DNA of 64,000 nucleotides from Dehalococcoidia bacterium (GTDB lineage Bacteria; Chloroflexota; Dehalococcoidia; Lucifugimonadales; UBA2962), in assembly GCA_965116605.1 (NCBI GenBank), contig OZ220697.1:1233427-1297426 (forward strand), given 5' to 3'. The notes under the pieces are model-generated. The model made no database searches, was not told the origin of the DNA, and saw only the letters and a program-made list of their open reading frames with translations. Below, in pieces: positions 38,549 through 47,941 of the stretch. Made by a program: the position numbers and the translations under genes. Each line of letters opens with the position of its first letter. Position 1 is the first letter of the stretch.

Positions 38549-39226
38549 TTAGGGCGTAAACCACTCGGGCGCGTTGGCCGAGCTTTCGTGGGCCGCTATG
38601 AATTCCCTGATACGCTGTTCGTCGTACTCGTCGAACGTGTCAAGATAGTTCCACGCCGTAAGAGCTATGCGGCTGCTCATGTCAGAGTAGGGCGACAGAA
38701 TCACCTTGCGCCCGAGCCTGGCTGAATCGACGAGGCTCTTGACCAGGTCCGAACACCCCTCCGGGCAGTTGTAGTGAATTCCTATGCCGCCGTGCTCGAG
38801 GTTATGGACCAGTATCTCGTCCTGTATCTCCTCGTCGTATATGCCCCACGGAGCAGGGGCGGGCAGGGCAGCACCGCTGCCAAGTGCCACCCCGTGACTG
38901 GTGCTGTAATGCCACCCTGAAGTGGCGGGTTGGCTGTTGTACGGCGGGTGTGAATCGCCGGGACTTATGTGGTCTCTACCCTGGTCGGCGATCCGGACAC
39001 CCGGGATCTGTCCGCCTGAGTCAGCTGGGTTGTTGCCATCACCCTGCCGGCCGAATGGCAGGCCGGGAAGGAACAGCGAAACGATGAATGCGGCGGCGAC
39101 AAGTATCGCCGCGCCACCGCCACCATATCGGAGCCACCTGCGGCGCGAGGCTCGTCTGGCTCGTCTGGCTGCTCGGGCCTGTGTGGGTGTCAGTCTCCTG
39201 CGCTTGGGTTCAGAGTTAGTTGTCAT
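38549..39226 (-). CDS. DUF3105-like membrane-anchored protein
   Basis: Basic N-terminus, one TM, PPYNSQPATSGWHY, LVHNLEHGGIGIHY and a CPEGC block, as I recall for DUF3105. Confidence 0.75.
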   Translation of the reverse strand: MTTNSEPKRRRLTPTQARAARRARRASRRRWLRYGGGGAAILVAAAFIVSLFLPGLPFGRQGDGNNPADSGGQIPGVRIADQGRDHISPGDSHPPYNSQPATSGWHYSTSHGVALGSGAALPAPAPWGIYDEEIQDEILVHNLEHGGIGIHYNCPEGCSDLVKSLVDSARLGRKVILSPYSDMSSRIALTAWNYLDTFDEYDEQRIREFIAAHESSANAPEWFTP

Positions 39227-39280
39227 CTACTACGTCAATGAAGGGAGGGGATGGGAAGATTGTACAAAATTTCACGGTCA

Positions 39281-40153
39281 TCACAGGAGCGGAGAATTGG
39301 TAAGCATCTCGTGAACCTGAACATACCTGTCCCGGGTCTTATTTACTATGTCATCGGGAAGCCTGGGAGCCGGCGGCTCGTGGTCCCATCCGTGCTCCTC
39401 TAGCCAGTCCCTCACGAATTGCTTGTCGAAGTTTTGCGGCGACCGGCCGGGAGCGTAGTTCTCCGCGTCCCAGAACCGACTCGAATCTGGAGTGAGCAAC
39501 TCGTCGATTAGGCAGATCTGGCCATCGATTACGCCGAACTCCATCTTTGTGTCGGCTATGAGGATGCCTCGCTCTTCAGCGAACTGGCGACAGAATTCAT
39601 AGACCTCGATCGACCTTTCGGTCAAGGCGATGGTTATGTCGGCACCAACCATGTCCGCCATCTGGGGAATTGCTATGGGCTCGTCGTGCCCCTCCTCGGC
39701 TTTTGTGGTCGGAGTAAACAGTGGCTCCGGAAGGCGGTCGCCCTTTCGAAGGCCAGCGGGCATATCTTGTCCGCCCACGGTTCCCTGTCTTCTGTACTCG
39801 CTCCAGGCCGAGCCCGTGACGTAACCGCGTACGATGCACTCGACGTCAATGCGATCAGCCCTCCTGACCACTAGCGACCGCCTGGCCAATTCGGCATCCA
39901 GGTCAATGGCGGCGTCCGGCGCGAAGTCCAACAAGTGGTTGGGAACCAGATGCCCGGTGCGTGTGAACCAGAACACTGACAGCTGCGCCAGTACCGCCCC
40001 CTTGTCCGGAATACCATTGGGGAGCACTACGTCGAAGGCCGAAATGCGGTCTGAGGCGACCATCAGCAGGCGGTCACCTTCCAGGTCATAGGTATCTCGT
40101 ACCTTGCCCGAGTAGACGCGATTCGGAAGGTCTGTCGCAATTATCGTCGGCAT
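39281..40153 (-). CDS. purC: phosphoribosylaminoimidazole-succinocarboxamide synthase
   Basis: 290 aa. YSGKVRD, SDRISAFD and IADTKMEFG blocks. Confidence 0.95.
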   Translation of the reverse strand: MPTIIATDLPNRVYSGKVRDTYDLEGDRLLMVASDRISAFDVVLPNGIPDKGAVLAQLSVFWFTRTGHLVPNHLLDFAPDAAIDLDAELARRSLVVRRADRIDVECIVRGYVTGSAWSEYRRQGTVGGQDMPAGLRKGDRLPEPLFTPTTKAEEGHDEPIAIPQMADMVGADITIALTERSIEVYEFCRQFAEERGILIADTKMEFGVIDGQICLIDELLTPDSSRFWDAENYAPGRSPQNFDKQFVRDWLEEHGWDHEPPAPRLPDDIVNKTRDRYVQVHEMLTNSPLL

Positions 40154-40199
40154 GTCGCCTCCTGGCGGCTGAGCGTATCCGGCACTTTACGACCGGAGA

Positions 40200-41492
40200 C
40201 TAAACCAACCCCGCCCTTTCAAAACTCTCGTCAACGTGACGCACATAGCTGTGGTAATCAAATATCCGCTTGATCTCATCCGGGGCAAGGCATTTCCTGA
40301 TCTGTGGCTCACCCACCGCCAGTTCCCCCAGTTCTAGGCCCTCGTCAAGCGCCCGTTGCGATATGCGCTGAACGATCCTGTAGGCCTCATCGCGCCGGGC
40401 TCCGGCCTCGACCATCGCCAAGAGCAGCATCTGAGAAAAGACCACTCCCCGAGAACCATCCAGATTGGCCTTCATCCGATCCGAATGTACCGTCATGCCG
40501 GACACGACACCTGTGAACAGATCCAGCATGTAGTCCAGGACGATGCAAGAGTCGGGGAGTATCAGCCTCTCGGCAGACGAATGGCTGATGTCCCGCTCTC
40601 CCCAGAGAGCTACGTTCTCCAGCGCAGTAACTGCGTGGCCACGCACGAGACGGGCAAGGCCACATATCCGCTCGGTTAGCTCAGGGTTACGCTTGTGAGG
40701 CATTGAGGACGAGCCCGTCTGCCCCGAACCGAATGGCTCCTCCACCTCGCGTATCTCCGTCCTTTGCAGACTCCGTATCTCGGTGGCAAATTTCTCGAGC
40801 GAAGATGCAATTTGAGCCATGGTAACAACGAACTGGGCGTGCCGGTCTCTCTGAATCACCTGGTTGGAGAACCGGGCCGCAGACAAGCCGAGGCGTTCGC
40901 ACACGCGGGCCTCAACCGAGGGAGGTACCGAGGCGTGGGTGCCCACAGGTCCCGAGAGCTTGCCCACCGATACGATCTCCTTGCAGGCAACGAGCCTCTG
41001 ATGATGCCGCAGCATCTCATCCCACCAGACCGCCAGCTTCAGGCCGAAGGTGATCGGCTCGGCATGTACTCCGTGGGTGCGGCCCATCATCAGCGTATGC
41101 CTGTACCGGATGGCGCTATCCCGCAATACTGAGATGACGCGCTCTACCTCTTGCTCAAGGAGGCCGGCGGAGTCCCTCAGCTGCATTGCGGTAGCAGTGT
41201 CCCAGACGTCGGAAGTCGTCAGTCCATGGTGCAGCCACCGACCTTCCTGACCCATCGTCTCGGTCACCGAGGTCAGGAATGCGGTCATCGGGTGCTTGGT
41301 CTGCTCGAGGATCTCGTTTAGACGATCGATGTCGTAGCCGGCGGTCCTTATCTTCGCCAGGTCCGATTCGGGTATCAGCCCCTCTTCCGACCACGCCTCG
41401 GCGACGGCGATTTCGATCTGGAGCCAGCGGTCGTAGGATGCCTGCTGGGTCCAAAGCCCACCCATTCTGGGACGGGTGTAACGGGGTATCAA
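40200..41492 (-). CDS. purB: adenylosuccinate lyase
   Basis: 430 aa. IPRYTRP start, the GSSSMPHKRNP signature loop, and fumarate-lyase blocks. Confidence 0.95.
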   Translation of the reverse strand: MIPRYTRPRMGGLWTQQASYDRWLQIEIAVAEAWSEEGLIPESDLAKIRTAGYDIDRLNEILEQTKHPMTAFLTSVTETMGQEGRWLHHGLTTSDVWDTATAMQLRDSAGLLEQEVERVISVLRDSAIRYRHTLMMGRTHGVHAEPITFGLKLAVWWDEMLRHHQRLVACKEIVSVGKLSGPVGTHASVPPSVEARVCERLGLSAARFSNQVIQRDRHAQFVVTMAQIASSLEKFATEIRSLQRTEIREVEEPFGSGQTGSSSMPHKRNPELTERICGLARLVRGHAVTALENVALWGERDISHSSAERLILPDSCIVLDYMLDLFTGVVSGMTVHSDRMKANLDGSRGVVFSQMLLLAMVEAGARRDEAYRIVQRISQRALDEGLELGELAVGEPQIRKCLAPDEIKRIFDYHSYVRHVDESFERAGLV

Positions 41493-41725
41493 CTATCACC
41501 CCTTGAGGCCCTTGTGACGCTCTTGATCGTTACGAGCGCCCCGCCTACCGGTGGCGACGTCCGCCAATTGCCGGAAAGCGCCGCGGCGTCTGCTGGGCCG
41601 GCAGCTTCCGATTCTGTTACGGGGTCCCCTTCAGAAGGGGTGTGAGGGGCGGACATAACCAGTTCTTTTTCTTCGTGTTCGATTCCCATCCGGTCAAGGA
41701 CTTTCGCATCCTGTGACATGCCCAT
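41489..41725 (-). CDS. hypothetical small acidic protein (doubtful)
   Basis: 78-aa ORF filling the purD-purB gap. Its stop overlaps the purB ATG. Low-complexity sequence with no recognisable motif. Confidence 0.3.
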   Translation of the reverse strand: MGMSQDAKVLDRMGIEHEEKELVMSAPHTPSEGDPVTESEAAGPADAAALSGNWRTSPPVGGALVTIKSVTRASRGDS

Positions 41726-41748
41726 ACTCCGTCCCGTTGCCGACCATC

Positions 41749-43005
41749 CTAAATCCCTGATGCTATGTCGCCTCTGTGGTAGGCACCTTCGAATCCAATG
41801 GCGGCGAGCCCTTGGTACGCCGTCCGCCTCGCTGTTCCGACGGTTTCGCCAAGAGCCGAAACGGCCATCACGCGACCCCCCGATGTACGGACAACTCCAT
41901 CCGATCGGGTCGTACCGGCGTGGAACACGGTTACCTCCGGGGGAAGGGCATCGAGTCCAGTGATCGGCTTACCCGTCTCGTAGGCATCGGGGTAGCCGCC
42001 TGACGCCAAGACCACAGCGACGCAAGCTCGAGCGTCCCACTCTAGATCGAGGTTTCTGATGTCGCCCGCCGCGGTCTGCTCCAGCGCTCCGAGCAGATCG
42101 CTCTTCATACGCGGGAGGATGACCTGGGTCTCCGGATCGCCGAAGCGGGCATTGAATTCCAAGACCTTAGGCCCGTCAGCGGTCAATTTGAGGCCCGCGT
42201 AGAGGACACCTGAATAAGGGCAGCCCTCCTCCGCGAGACCGGTGACGACCGGCTCAAACACCGTTTCCTTGACTTCCAACTCCATGTCTCCGTCCCAACT
42301 GGGAGGTGGAGAAAAGCTGCCCATCCCGCCGGTGTTGGGACCTTGGTCACCATCGTTCGCACGCTTGTAGTCGGTCGCGGCGACCATCGAGGACACCCGT
42401 TCGCCGTCCACAAAGGCGAATACACTTACCTCGTGACCCTCAAGATGCTCCTCGATGATCACCTGCTGGCCGGCGTCACCAAAGCGCTTTCGCTCAAAGA
42501 TGTCAAAGAGAGTCTCCAGGGCCTGATCACGTGTTTCGGCGATGATGACACCTTTGCCGGCCGCCAGACCGTCGGCCTTGATCACAACAGGCAGGTCACA
42601 GTCCGAAACGGCGTTCCGGGCAAGATTGTGCGCGTGCAGGACCTCGAAGGCGGCTGTCGGCACCCCTCGGCGTTTCATCAGGTCTTTGGCGAAGGCCTTG
42701 CTCGTTTCTATGCGAGCGGCCGCCCGGGAGGGACCAAAGATGGGCATGTCCGCCTCGGAGAAGCGGTCGACGATACCTTCGGCCAAGGGTAGTTCCGGTC
42801 CTACGACCGTGAGGTCTATTTTCCGCGACCTCGCGACGTCCAGCAGTCCCTCTGGGTTCTCTGCGCCGACGGCAACATTCTCACCGAGCATAGCCGTGCC
42901 CGCGTTGCCGGGCGCTATCACCAACGACTCCAGACGGCGGCTCTGGGCGATCTTCCACGCGATCGCGTGCTCACGTCCACCGCCGCCAACGACGAGAACC
43001 CTCAA
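41749..43005 (-). CDS. purD: phosphoribosylamine-glycine ligase
   Basis: 418 aa. MRVLVVGGGGREHA start and ATP-grasp blocks. Confidence 0.95.
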   Translation of the reverse strand: MRVLVVGGGGREHAIAWKIAQSRRLESLVIAPGNAGTAMLGENVAVGAENPEGLLDVARSRKIDLTVVGPELPLAEGIVDRFSEADMPIFGPSRAAARIETSKAFAKDLMKRRGVPTAAFEVLHAHNLARNAVSDCDLPVVIKADGLAAGKGVIIAETRDQALETLFDIFERKRFGDAGQQVIIEEHLEGHEVSVFAFVDGERVSSMVAATDYKRANDGDQGPNTGGMGSFSPPPSWDGDMELEVKETVFEPVVTGLAEEGCPYSGVLYAGLKLTADGPKVLEFNARFGDPETQVILPRMKSDLLGALEQTAAGDIRNLDLEWDARACVAVVLASGGYPDAYETGKPITGLDALPPEVTVFHAGTTRSDGVVRTSGGRVMAVSALGETVGTARRTAYQGLAAIGFEGAYHRGDIASGI

Positions 43006-43118
43006 ATCAACCCGACCCCATGTCCCGCGTGGCTACTGCTGACCGCCGATCACGGACACGGCGCGACACTGGCGCAACCCCATGAGATGGCGGCACGGGC
43101 TGGTCCGTGACAACGGAG

Positions 43119-44831
43119 TCACTCCCACTCGATTGTCCCCGGCGGCTTACTTGTAATGTCGTATACGACCCGGTTCACGCCGCGAACCTCGTTAGAGATC
43201 CGGTTGGATATGCGTGACAACACGTCATAGGGCAACCGTGCCCAGTCCGCGGTCATGGCATCGTCGCTGGTCACCGCGCGCACCGCGATGACATGGCCGT
43301 AGGTACGGTAGTCTCCGGTCACACCGACCGACTGGGCGTCGGTTAGGACTGCAAAGCTCTGCCACATGTCTCGGTAGAGCCCATTGTTCTTGATCTCGTC
43401 CATCACCACCCAGTCTGCGGCACGAAGTATCTCAAGCTTCTCGGAGGTGACATCCCCGAGCACGCGGATGGCGAGCCCGGGGCCGGGGAAGGGCTGACGG
43501 AACACCATCTCCTCTGGAATGCCGAGCTCTATGCCCACCTCGCGTACCTCATCCTTGAACAGATACCGTAATGGCTCGACGAGCTTTAGCTTCATGTGCT
43601 GGGGAAGACCGCCCACGTTGTGGTGCGTCTTGATCTTTGCCGAGACCTTGTTGTCTGCCGTCTTACTTTCTATTACGTCCGGGTACAGTGTGCCCTGGCA
43701 GAGGAAATCGGCGTCCCCGACCCTCTTTGCGCCCTTCTCGAATACGCGGATGAATTCCTCACCCACCAGCCGGCGTTTGCGTTCCGGGTCGATCACACCT
43801 CTCAGTGCCGTCAGAAAGTCCTCGGTCGCGTCCTCATAAACGAGGTTGACCTTCATGTATCTCTCGAAGGTGCGCAACACCCGTTCCGGCTCCTCACGCC
43901 GCAACAGTCCGTTGTTGACGAATATGCATGTCAACTGGTCGCCAACCGCCCTGTGTACGAGCGTAGCGGCAACCGAGGAGTCGACTCCTCCTGACAGGGC
44001 ACAGATGACCTTTCCATCACCCACCTGGGCGCGGATGTTGTTCACCGTGCGAGAGACGAAGTTGCCTGGGGTCCAAAGTCCCTTGAGACCGCAGACCCTG
44101 TATAGGAAGTTCTCCAGGAGCTTACGCCCTTGGGGGGTGTGTACCACCTCAGGATGGAACTGGATACCATACCGATTACCGCCTTCGCCCAGCACGGCGA
44201 TCGGGGAGTTATCGGTGTAGGCGAGCGACCTAAAGCCGGGGGGAGGCTCGACGATCTGATCGCCGTGACTCATCCAGACCGGCATAGAAGGGGGCAAGTC
44301 TGCAAAAAGCGCATCGGGCGTGGAGTTCTGGTGCAGAACGGCGTGTCCATATTCACGCTTGGTCGACGCAGCAACTCGGCCACCCAGCTGGTGAGCCATG
44401 ACCTGCATCCCGTAGCAGATGCCCAGCACGGGCAGACCGCTTTCGTAGACCCAGTTGGGAGCGAGCGGGGCGCCCTCTTGGTACACGCTCGCGGGGCCGC
44501 CGGAGAGGATGACCCCCTTTGGATCAAGCTGGGCAACGGCATCCCACTCCACTTCATGACCTACGATTTCGCAGTAGACGTGGCTCTCTCGCACTCTCCG
44601 CGCTATCAGGCGGCTGTACTGGGAGCCGAAATCCACAATCAGCACAGCCTCGCGGTGTAGCCGACCCTCGCTCGGCGGGGTGGGTTCACGTCCGCGCTTT
44701 TCCTCGGCGATCTCCAAGTACGCGGAGATCTCGAGGTCGTCGCTGGTGGCGACACGGTGGGAGGTTTGCGGTTTGTGCGGCGCCGAGTTCTCGGTGCCGC
44801 CGGTGTCGTTTGAGCCTGCGCTAGTCGCCAT
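43119..44831 (-). CDS. guaA: GMP synthase (glutamine-hydrolysing)
   Basis: [26 protein letters not shown] and SGGVDSSV blocks, and a C-terminal PPGTIEWE. The N-terminal ~60 aa of the ORF lie upstream of the homology (see finding). Confidence 0.95.
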   Translation of the reverse strand: MATSAGSNDTGGTENSAPHKPQTSHRVATSDDLEISAYLEIAEEKRGREPTPPSEGRLHREAVLIVDFGSQYSRLIARRVRESHVYCEIVGHEVEWDAVAQLDPKGVILSGGPASVYQEGAPLAPNWVYESGLPVLGICYGMQVMAHQLGGRVAASTKREYGHAVLHQNSTPDALFADLPPSMPVWMSHGDQIVEPPPGFRSLAYTDNSPIAVLGEGGNRYGIQFHPEVVHTPQGRKLLENFLYRVCGLKGLWTPGNFVSRTVNNIRAQVGDGKVICALSGGVDSSVAATLVHRAVGDQLTCIFVNNGLLRREEPERVLRTFERYMKVNLVYEDATEDFLTALRGVIDPERKRRLVGEEFIRVFEKGAKRVGDADFLCQGTLYPDVIESKTADNKVSAKIKTHHNVGGLPQHMKLKLVEPLRYLFKDEVREVGIELGIPEEMVFRQPFPGPGLAIRVLGDVTSEKLEILRAADWVVMDEIKNNGLYRDMWQSFAVLTDAQSVGVTGDYRTYGHVIAVRAVTSDDAMTADWARLPYDVLSRISNRISNEVRGVNRVVYDITSKPPGTIEWE

Positions 44832-44909
44832 CTTTGAGAAGGATCAAAGGTAACATAACCGGGTGACGGGATGCCCGGACAAGTTTGGATACGCCAATCA
44901 CTACGATAG

Positions 44910-45599
44910 GTGCGGGAGAGCGGCGCACCAGGCAATAGTCCGCGGCACTGGGTGAACGATATCGGTAACGAACTGACAATCGACGATTTGGTCCAGATAT
45001 TGCAGGGTGGGGGAGTGGTCGCAATGCCGACCGACACTTTCTACTGTCTGGCGGCGTGCGCAATCAACGCCGAAGCGTCCCAGCGCGTGTTTGACATCAA
45101 GCGCCGCCAAGCGACAAGCGCGGTCCCGCTGCTGACGGCGGAGGCGTCAGATGTGATGAAGTACGCCGTCGATCTGACAGAAGCGCAGCAAATGGCGGTG
45201 ATCGCCCTAGGGGCCAGATTCTGGCCGGGGGCGCTGTCGCTGGTGCTCAAGCGGTCGCCGGCCATTCCATCCCTCCTTTCCGGGGGAGGAGACACGATAG
45301 CTCTACGGGTGCCGAACGCGCCGACGGTCAGGGAGGTGGTTCGGCGTCTTGGGGCACCCGTCACAGGCACCAGTGCAAACCTATCCGGCAGTCCTGCCGC
45401 CACGACGGCGGCGGCGGTACGGGACGCTCTAGGAACGTCTGTCGACGCGGTGGTAGACGGGGGTATGACACCCGGCGGTCCGCCGTCCACGGTCCTTGAC
45501 CTCACGGCGCCGACGCCACGTATACTTCGGGTCGGAGCCATCGGCAAAGCAGATCTCGACGAGACCCTGCGTGAGGTGGGGGCACCGCCATCGAACTAG
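44910..45599 (+). CDS. tsaC: L-threonylcarbamoyladenylate synthase (YrdC/TsaC domain)
   Basis: GGVVAMPTDTFYCLAA, GPVTGTSANLSG and STVLDLT blocks. GTG start. Confidence 0.85.
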   Translation: MRESGAPGNSPRHWVNDIGNELTIDDLVQILQGGGVVAMPTDTFYCLAACAINAEASQRVFDIKRRQATSAVPLLTAEASDVMKYAVDLTEAQQMAVIALGARFWPGALSLVLKRSPAIPSLLSGGGDTIALRVPNAPTVREVVRRLGAPVTGTSANLSGSPAATTAAAVRDALGTSVDAVVDGGMTPGGPPSTVLDLTAPTPRILRVGAIGKADLDETLREVGAPPSN

Positions 45600-45692
45600 A
45601 TCGGTGGGTGGGGAAAATCCGGCTGGAGCAATCGTCCATTGCCCATGCCCGCGCAATAGTCCCAACACTTGGTTTGAAATAGAGCGATCGGA

Positions 45693-46733
45693 TTGAAACA
45701 AGAGCTAATCAGCGATCTCAACGGCCGGGTAGACGCCCAACTCACAGCTGTCTTGGCGTCGAGAGACATGGACCTTTACAGGATGATGTCCTACCACCTC
45801 GGCTGGGGAGGGAGACCCGGTGAGGAGGGGACGGACCGGGCGTCAAGGACGACGCTAAGGCGACATGGCGTTGGCTGTTTAATCGCGGCCCTTGCGACAT
45901 CTGGCACCTGCAGTGAGGCTGTCTTGCCAGCCGCTGCCTCTTTGGAGATGGTCGCTTCGTTCATCGAGATTCACGACGACATACAGGGTGGACATCCCAC
46001 CCGGAACGGCAGGGACGCCGTGTGGTGGGTATGGGGTCCGGCTCAGGCCATCAACGCAGGAGACGGCTTGCATGCCCTTGCCCGCCTAACGATGCTGGAT
46101 CTTCGGAGGCACGGAATCTCGGCCGACTCTACGTTTCGGGCGATGCAGATTCTGGACCAGGCCTCGCTTGCGATGTGCGAGGGGCGCTTCAAGGACATGG
46201 AGGCTCAAGAGCGCATCGACCTGTCTGTGGACAAATACCTTGAGATGGCACGTGCAAAGACGGGATCGCTGTTGTCTGGGGCCCTCCGGCTAGGGGCACT
46301 GATCGGCTCGGGGGGAGACGAGCGATCCGCAGAGGCTTTTGGCGCCGCCGGGACTGAGCTGGGGGTCGCAATGCAGGCGGCCGAAGACGTGCACGAATTA
46401 TTCGCAGGCATCGATGTCAGCGACGGGCCGGCACCGCCTTCCGAAGTTGTGCAAAACAAGAAAAAGCTATTCCCCGTGGTACACGCCGTAGAGAAGGCGG
46501 GGCCTTCGGAGCGACGGCGCCTCGGCGATGTCTATTTCAAGAGGGTGCTGCAGCCGTCTGACGTAGCCGAGGTGAGAAGATTGGTGGAGGAGCTGGGCGG
46601 CCGGGAGCGAGCGGAGGACGCGGTGCGCGAACATTACCAGGCGGCCATGAGATCGCTGGACGGCGTCGAACTTGCCGCCGGCGGGCTGGCCGCAGTGGAG
46701 GCCTACGCCGGCGCCCTCATTGATGCTCGCTAA
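45693..46733 (+). CDS. polyprenyl synthase-fold protein with degenerate Asp-rich motifs
   Basis: Trans-isoprenyl diphosphate synthase block order (EIHDDI..., AINAGD, KTGSLL, GVAMQAAED...). Both DDxxD boxes are altered. TTG start. Confidence 0.75.
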   Translation: MKQELISDLNGRVDAQLTAVLASRDMDLYRMMSYHLGWGGRPGEEGTDRASRTTLRRHGVGCLIAALATSGTCSEAVLPAAASLEMVASFIEIHDDIQGGHPTRNGRDAVWWVWGPAQAINAGDGLHALARLTMLDLRRHGISADSTFRAMQILDQASLAMCEGRFKDMEAQERIDLSVDKYLEMARAKTGSLLSGALRLGALIGSGGDERSAEAFGAAGTELGVAMQAAEDVHELFAGIDVSDGPAPPSEVVQNKKKLFPVVHAVEKAGPSERRRLGDVYFKRVLQPSDVAEVRRLVEELGGRERAEDAVREHYQAAMRSLDGVELAAGGLAAVEAYAGALIDAR

Positions 46734-47937
46734 ACGGGAAGTGGCCAAACGCTCGATTAGAAACTATGAGATAGACGGCAAGACCGTCCTCTTACGCGTT
46801 GACTACAACCTACCGATGAGGCCCGGCACCACCGAGATCCTCGACGACCGCCGCATCCTAGCCACCGTCCCAACGCTGGCCCATCTTCTTGAAAGATCCT
46901 GCCGGGTCCTAATCGTCACGCACCTCGGGCGGCCAGACGGACGATGGGTCAAAGGACTGGCCTTGTCTCCTGTATCCGACCGGCTGTCGGAGCTATTGGG
47001 GGTGCCCGTAGTGCAGCTTCCTGCCTACCGGGGTCCGGAGGTCGCGGCGGTGATCGAAGCGATGCCACTCGGATCTATCGCGATGCTTGAGAACATCCGC
47101 TTCGACCCTGGCGAGGAGGCGAACGATCCGCAACTAGCCGAAGACCTGGCCGGACTTGCGGATATCTTTGTAAACGACGCATTCGGCGCGGCCCACCGGG
47201 CGCATGCCTCCACCGAGGGCGTAGCGCGTCTCCTACCGGCCGTGGCTGGTCTCCTGATGGAGAAGGAACTCTCGGCTCTAGGCGGGGCTCTGCTGACGCC
47301 GGAACGCCCCTTTACGGCCGTGGTGGGCGGAGCGAAAGTATCAGACAAGATAGCCGTGCTAGACCGCCTCTCCTCACTGGTCGACACGCTCATTATCGGA
47401 GGAGGCATGGCGGCGACGTTCCTGGCTGCGCAGGGACACTCCGTCGGCTCCTCGATCGTGGAACAGGAACGCATGGCATACGCCACAGACCTGGTGTCGG
47501 GCACCCGATGCAGCTCCGCACGAGTACTCACGCCCACCGACGTGGTGGTGGCGGACAGGCTTTCAGAGAAGGCCAAGGCCAAGACGGTGCGCGTCGGCGA
47601 CATACCCGGCGGTTGGCTGATACTCGACATAGGACCCGAAACGGCTGAGACCTACTCCCGGGCAGTTGCCGAGTCAAGGACGGTGCTCTGGAACGGTCCG
47701 ATGGGTGTGTTCGAATGGGAGGCCTTCTCGCACGGAACCAGAAAGGTCGCAGAATCCGTCGCAGAGTTGTATGGCACGGCTACCACCGTGACCGGCGGCG
47801 GGTCGACGTCCGAGGCTGTGGCTCGGCTGGGCCTGACGTCCAGGATAAGCCACGACTCCACAGGCGGCGGTGCCACTCTTGCGTTCATAGAGGGCAAAGA
47901 ACTGCCCGGGGTGGCCGCCCTCTTGGACGAGCGATGA
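46723..47937 (+). CDS. pgk: phosphoglycerate kinase
   Basis: LLRVDYNLP, THLGRP, FVNDAFGAAHRAHAS and GGGDT-like blocks. The start is the ATG at 46723 (11-nt overlap with the upstream gene) or the GTG at 46741. Confidence 0.95.
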   Translation: MLAKREVAKRSIRNYEIDGKTVLLRVDYNLPMRPGTTEILDDRRILATVPTLAHLLERSCRVLIVTHLGRPDGRWVKGLALSPVSDRLSELLGVPVVQLPAYRGPEVAAVIEAMPLGSIAMLENIRFDPGEEANDPQLAEDLAGLADIFVNDAFGAAHRAHASTEGVARLLPAVAGLLMEKELSALGGALLTPERPFTAVVGGAKVSDKIAVLDRLSSLVDTLIIGGGMAATFLAAQGHSVGSSIVEQERMAYATDLVSGTRCSSARVLTPTDVVVADRLSEKAKAKTVRVGDIPGGWLILDIGPETAETYSRAVAESRTVLWNGPMGVFEWEAFSHGTRKVAESVAELYGTATTVTGGGSTSEAVARLGLTSRISHDSTGGGATLAFIEGKELPGVAALLDER

Positions 47938-47941
47938 TGGG

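Noticed and set aside
39120-39185. Short tandem repetition GGCTCGTCT GGCTCGTCT GGCTGCTCG
   Set aside because: It lies inside the DUF3105-like gene and simply encodes the Arg/Ala-rich N-terminal tail (ARRARRASRRR). It is not an independent repeat element.
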